Assembly (NCBI GenBank): GCA_963733535.1
Contig: CAVTDR010000002.1
Location: forward strand, 593,678 to 657,677
Direction: 5' to 3'
From: an uncultured Bacteroidota bacterium
GTDB lineage: Bacteria; Bacteroidota; Bacteroidia; Bacteroidales; UBA10428
DNA length: 64,000 nt
Positions 59,587-64,000 of this stretch are shown one piece after another (within the stretch, counting starts at the first letter, position 1; the number at the start of each line of letters is the position of its first letter). The position numbers and the translations under genes are program-made. The notes beneath the pieces were generated by a model. It had not been told where the DNA came from. It worked only from the letters and a program-made list of their open reading frames with translations, and did no database searches.

Positions 59587-60843
59587 ATGAATTCACAATT
59601 GCTAGGGCCCTTTGAAGGTAGTGTCCTGAATTACATGAACTTCTCGGGGAAAACCCTATCAGAAAGGTATGCACCATTCGATCATTGGGTTACGTTGCGT
59701 GAAGAACATAATATTTGGCCCTATGGAATGGAAAATGATAATCGCAGACCCTTAAATTTCGGAACACAGGACTATCTTGGACTTTCCACCAATGAAAGCA
59801 TGATTGAATCGCTTATCCAATTTATTAAATCCAATAGAATTTTACACAGCGCCGGTTCGCCTACGCTAACAGGCAGGACTTCCTGGACCGGAGATCTGGA
59901 AAAAAAGCTTGCAGGTTTGCTGCAACAAGAAACCAGCCTTATTTTTCCTTCAGGGTGGATGGCTTGTTTTGGAGCAGTTGCAGGTTTGGTTAATGGAAAA
60001 GATACTGTTGTTATTGATGCACTTGCACATAATTGCCTTCAGGTAGCCACAAAATTTTCCACCAATAACATTTTCAGGTTCAACCATAACGATATGCATC
60101 ACCTGAATACCGTTTTGGAGAAATGCAGGCAGGCTGATGAACGAAATGGTCTGTTCATTGTTACCGAAAGCCTGTATTCTATGAATTCGGACGCCCCCGA
60201 TTTGAGAAGGATTATGGAACTTGCTCATAAATATGAAGCCATTGTGATTATTGACACAGCGCATGATTTGGGTGCTATGGGGAAAAAGGGACTGGGACTT
60301 CTTGAAACGGTAGACATAGAATATGCAAAAAACCTGATCATCTGCGGTGCTTTTAGTAAAGTATTCGGTACCAATGGGGGTTTTGTTGCAGGACCTGCTT
60401 CAGTAAGAAGGCAGCTTACCGTGATGGCTCCAACCTATATGTTTTCTACAGGTGCTTCACCCCTTCAATGTCATATTGCCGGAAAAAGCCTTGATCTGGT
60501 GTTTTCAGAAGAAGGTCAAAAGATGCGTGCCCGTTTGAAAGAACTGGTATCGTTTACAGTGGAGCAATTTGTATTGAATGGTTTTACCATTAACGGAATA
60601 CCATCCCAAATCGTTCCTGTTCATATTGGTCATGAAAGAATCGCCCGTATGATATTTAAAAGAATCTTTGAACAAGGCCTGCTGGTTAATCTGATTGAAT
60701 TTCCTGCTGTTCCTAAAGGTAAAGCGATTTTCCGCTTTCAGCTTATGGCCACTCATAAAGAATCAGATATTATTCAGGCAATAAAAATGATGCAGGAAGC
60801 ACGAATAGAAGTTGAAAAATTAATGCCCGAACTTATCGACTGA
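59587..60843 (+). CDS. PLP-dependent alpha-oxoamine synthase family (BioF/SPT/CqsA-like)
   Basis: NFGTQDYLGL, FPSGW.A, DALAHNCL, ESLYSM, DTAHDLG, FSKVFG (PLP Lys), FPAVP. Confidence 0.88.
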   Translation: MNSQLLGPFEGSVLNYMNFSGKTLSERYAPFDHWVTLREEHNIWPYGMENDNRRPLNFGTQDYLGLSTNESMIESLIQFIKSNRILHSAGSPTLTGRTSWTGDLEKKLAGLLQQETSLIFPSGWMACFGAVAGLVNGKDTVVIDALAHNCLQVATKFSTNNIFRFNHNDMHHLNTVLEKCRQADERNGLFIVTESLYSMNSDAPDLRRIMELAHKYEAIVIIDTAHDLGAMGKKGLGLLETVDIEYAKNLIICGAFSKVFGTNGGFVAGPASVRRQLTVMAPTYMFSTGASPLQCHIAGKSLDLVFSEEGQKMRARLKELVSFTVEQFVLNGFTINGIPSQIVPVHIGHERIARMIFKRIFEQGLLVNLIEFPAVPKGKAIFRFQLMATHKESDIIQAIKMMQEARIEVEKLMPELID

Positions 60844-60904
60844 CAAACTAAATATAAATGAGTCTTTATTTATTTTTGATGAATCTAATTCAAATATCTC
60901 ACAT

Positions 60905-62428
60905 ATGGTAATTGTAGGAACAATCCTGCAAGAGGTGATGAAAAACAGAAAGAGCCACCTCGACAAGAAGCAGCTCAATTTTGATGTTCAGAAGGACACC
61001 TTGCGGCAGTTGCTTAACAAAGCAAAAAAAACTCAATTTGGGATTGACCACAAGTTCCAGGAAATCCTAAAAAGCGAAGATATTGTGGACCAGTTTCAAA
61101 GTCAGGTTCCCATTTTTGAATACGAAAAGCTTTTCGGCCAATATTGGCACAAGCTGCTTGATGGGGAAACCAATATAACCTGGCCCGGGAAAGTGAGATA
61201 TTTTGGACTCACTTCCGGAACTTCAAATGATTCCAGTAAAAGAGTTCCAATCACACGCGACATGATTAAATCCATGAGGCGGACTGGCATTCGTCAGCTG
61301 CTTTCTCTTGTTGATCTGGAACTTCCACCCCATTACTTTGAAAAAAGTGTGCTTATGCTTGGAGGAAGTACCTCTCTGGTAAAAATGGAGAAATACTTTG
61401 AAGGAGATCTTAGCGGTATTCTGGCCGGCAGATTGCCATTTTGGTTTAACAGTTTTTACAAGCCTGGGTATATTTCCAAAGAAAAAGACTGGAATACGAA
61501 ACTCGATAAAATTGTACTGAAGGCAAAGGATTGGGATATTGGGGGTATTTCCGGCGTTCCGGCCTGGGTTCAGATTCTCCTGGAAAAAATTATAGCGCAT
61601 TATCATTTGAACACCATCCACGATTTATGGCCCAACTTCAGGGTATATGCCCATGGTGGTGTGAATTTGTCTCCTTACAAAAAGAGCTTCGAAAAATTAA
61701 TTGGCAGAGAAGTTTACTACCTCGAAACCTATCTGGCTTCTGAAGGTTTTATTGCTTATCAGCGAAAGAAGGATCATGCCATGCAACTCGTTTTGGATAA
61801 CGGCATTTTCTTTGAGTTTGTGCCCTTTAATAATACCAATTTCAACTCTGATGGTTCCATGGTTGAGCATCCTCAGGTATTGCTGATGAACCAGATTACC
61901 GAAAACGAAGATTATGCACTGCTAATATCCACCAATGCGGGTACCTGGAGGTATCTGATTGGTGATACCATACGTTTTACATCCTCCAAAGATTTTGAAA
62001 TTGTCATTACAGGACGCACCAAGCACTTTCTGAGTCTTTGCGGGGAACATCTCAGTGTTGATAACATGACCCGGGCCATCAGTAATGTGTCGGAGAAAAT
62101 CAACGTCGAAATTAAGGAATTTACAGTTGCCGGCATACCTTATAACAATCGCTTTGCGCATAAATGGTTTATCGGAACAAACGACACCATCGCAGATAAA
62201 GAAGCCTTTATCGACCTGCTAGATAAGAATCTGATGTTATTAAACGACGATTATGCTGTGGAAAGGAAGGCAGCGCTAAAAAACGTACTTTTGGAAATAG
62301 TACCAGTTCAGGTATTTTACGATTGGCTCAAGATGAAAGGGAAAGAAGGCGGACAGCATAAATTCCCCAGAGTAATCGGAGCGCAGTTTAATGAATGGGA
62401 AGAGTTTATCCGCCAATACCAGAGTTAA
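60905..62428 (+). CDS. GH3 acyl-acid amido synthetase family protein
   Basis: TSGTS...SKRVP, YLASEGF, WRYLIGD, GRTK, GGQHKFPR. Confidence 0.9.
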   Translation: MVIVGTILQEVMKNRKSHLDKKQLNFDVQKDTLRQLLNKAKKTQFGIDHKFQEILKSEDIVDQFQSQVPIFEYEKLFGQYWHKLLDGETNITWPGKVRYFGLTSGTSNDSSKRVPITRDMIKSMRRTGIRQLLSLVDLELPPHYFEKSVLMLGGSTSLVKMEKYFEGDLSGILAGRLPFWFNSFYKPGYISKEKDWNTKLDKIVLKAKDWDIGGISGVPAWVQILLEKIIAHYHLNTIHDLWPNFRVYAHGGVNLSPYKKSFEKLIGREVYYLETYLASEGFIAYQRKKDHAMQLVLDNGIFFEFVPFNNTNFNSDGSMVEHPQVLLMNQITENEDYALLISTNAGTWRYLIGDTIRFTSSKDFEIVITGRTKHFLSLCGEHLSVDNMTRAISNVSEKINVEIKEFTVAGIPYNNRFAHKWFIGTNDTIADKEAFIDLLDKNLMLLNDDYAVERKAALKNVLLEIVPVQVFYDWLKMKGKEGGQHKFPRVIGAQFNEWEEFIRQYQS

Positions 62429-63042
62429 TGGATGTACTATTTGGAGGCTTTTTTACCGGCCTGCTATTGAGCATATTTGTAGGAGCCACGTTTTTTATGC
62501 TAATTGAAACCAGCATGACCCGTGGTTTTCGTGCTGCACTTTGGTTCGATTTAGGTGTTGTGCTCAGTGATGCCTCTATCATTATTGCAGTATATTTCTT
62601 TGCATCATGGATTGACAGGATCGTTATAAAAAACGATTATTTTAATCTGGTTGGAGGATTGGTATTTATTGCTTTCGGACTTAATTATGTGTTTTCGAGA
62701 AAAAAGAATGATGCTGATCCGGTGGTCCGGAAACGAAATGTACGGTTGTTTTTTAGCGGATTTCTGATTAATCTGCTGAATCCGTCGGTTGCCCTATTCT
62801 GGCTTGGAACCATGGCGATATCCATTTCTAAATTCAAATATACAGGAACAGAAATATGGATATATTACTCAGCAGCACTTATAACAATGGCCATGTTTGA
62901 TGTAATAAAAGCTTATTTTTCTTACCGGTTAAGTGCCTTCATTCATACCAGGGTTCTTCGGATCATCTATATATTCTCGGGTATATTGATGATCGGCCTG
63001 GGTCTTTACTTTATTCTAAACGATAAAATCAGCATTCACTAA
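62428..63042 (+). CDS. LysE-family exporter
   Basis: VGATFFMLIETS..RGF, G...SD, GFLINLLNP..LFW; 6 TMs; ATG overlaps the GH3 stop. Confidence 0.85.
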   Translation: MDVLFGGFFTGLLLSIFVGATFFMLIETSMTRGFRAALWFDLGVVLSDASIIIAVYFFASWIDRIVIKNDYFNLVGGLVFIAFGLNYVFSRKKNDADPVVRKRNVRLFFSGFLINLLNPSVALFWLGTMAISISKFKYTGTEIWIYYSAALITMAMFDVIKAYFSYRLSAFIHTRVLRIIYIFSGILMIGLGLYFILNDKISIH

Positions 63043-63052
63043 TTCGTGTGTT

Positions 63053-64000
63053 ATGATTCATAGATTCAAACAAACCGTCTTCATTATTTTGTTCATGATC
63101 TCTGAATGCACTATAAGTGCTCAGTTTTATGATGATTTTAAAGAGGACAGTATTAAAGGCTGGTTTTCTATGACAGGTGATGGAAACGCAGTTATGCAGT
63201 TTATTCAGAGGGATGACTTTGCAAGTATTTTGATAGATGCAACGGCTGACAAATACAACGTTTATTGGGCCCTCATAAAACAGGATGTAACAAAATACCT
63301 GGATCTTAGTCTGCTCAAAGATACATCGTATCAATTAAGGGTGGAAGCCAGAGTACGTGTTCACAATGCACCCCGCCGTGTCAATTTTATGGTGAACACC
63401 CAACGAACGGTAAATTATCATATTGATCTGATGGAGTATGACCTTCAGGATACCAACACCTGGTATACGATTAGCATGACGACTAAAAGATTTGACGCAA
63501 TTCCGGGCGATCATGTATTCGTACAACTTGCCGCAACAGATTTTGGAACGGGCAGGTATACTGTGGATGTTGATTATTATCGTGCAGATATTATAAACAT
63601 TAAGCAAGCCGCACCAGATAAGGGTCCTCTTGTACCTTATCATCCAATCATGCCCGGAGTTGATACTTACAAAAATCATGTGAAGGCTACCCATGATTGC
63701 ATGATTCATTCTGATTTTCCTGATGTTAATTTTAATAACTGGATGGCACGGGGAAAGGATGGAAATAATAGCATCCTCACTGTACATGCCAACCAATGGA
63801 TTGTCATGCGTTGGGATTTGAGTGACTTTAAAAATGTGAAACCGGCAGAAGCCGGAATTCTGGAGCTAACTACCAGTGCTGTATCCGCAGGAGGCAATTA
63901 TAGTATCGTTTTTGGCGAAGATCTTGGAATAGAATTCGGAAAAGTACGGGTTATTGAAATTCTTGGAGGCGATACTGCATGGAATCAGGAAAACGTGACA
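63053..64000 (+). CDS. Secreted hypothetical protein, truncated by the window end
   Basis: Not in the ORF track. Open frame from ATG 63053: MIHRFKQTVFIILFMISECTISAQFYDDF...GWFSMTGDG... continues to the window end; signal peptide and beta-rich sequence. Confidence 0.75.
   Translation, partial: MIHRFKQTVFIILFMISECTISAQFYDDFKEDSIKGWFSMTGDGNAVMQFIQRDDFASILIDATADKYNVYWALIKQDVTKYLDLSLLKDTSYQLRVEARVRVHNAPRRVNFMVNTQRTVNYHIDLMEYDLQDTNTWYTISMTTKRFDAIPGDHVFVQLAATDFGTGRYTVDVDYYRADIINIKQAAPDKGPLVPYHPIMPGVDTYKNHVKATHDCMIHSDFPDVNFNNWMARGKDGNNSILTVHANQWIVMRWDLSDFKNVKPAEAGILELTTSAVSAGGNYSIVFGEDLGIEFGKVRVIEILGGDTAWNQENVT

Noticed and set aside
63335-63897. Minus-strand ORFs from the track (and other short antisense ORFs across the window)
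   Set aside because: They are shadows of longer genes on the opposite strand, here the + strand ORF from 63053.

Overview
Chromosomal window from a Bacteroidota organism, most likely a Bacteroidales-type lineage. The assignment rests on TAnnTTTG promoters, a T9SS C-terminal domain protein, the DUF3276-nusB-yajC-YbbR-coaE and DUF5606 neighbourhood, and many lipoproteins. Core content: a leucine-degradation-type cluster (ACAD, MCC alpha/beta, hydratase), mtgA, an M16 protease, feoAB, a frameshifted nusB, coaE, ribBA, fmt, arcC and an LptF/G permease. A variable region spans about 17.7-47.9 kb and is centred on an elongator tRNA-Met (30262-30335). The most unusual structure starts at the tRNA 3' end. 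It is a 142-bp four-armed palindrome whose 34-bp right arm recurs 2.1 kb downstream. The two copies bracket a Fic gene with a predicted AbiEi-like N-terminus, preceded by four 24-bp leader repeats. Further hairpin/REP/MITE elements separate the next single-gene cargo units, and no integrase is present in the window. Other points of note: a DrrA-DrrB fusion with ABCG-like domain order, a standalone NUMOD1-like protein, an orphan chemoreceptor, two sigma-54-type promoters (one gene has a 3' UTR antisense to a translation-start-like sequence), a subtilase with a separate I9-like partner, and an acyl-CoA ligase/oxoamine synthase/GH3/LysE run. All calls are from reading motifs by eye; no searches were run.
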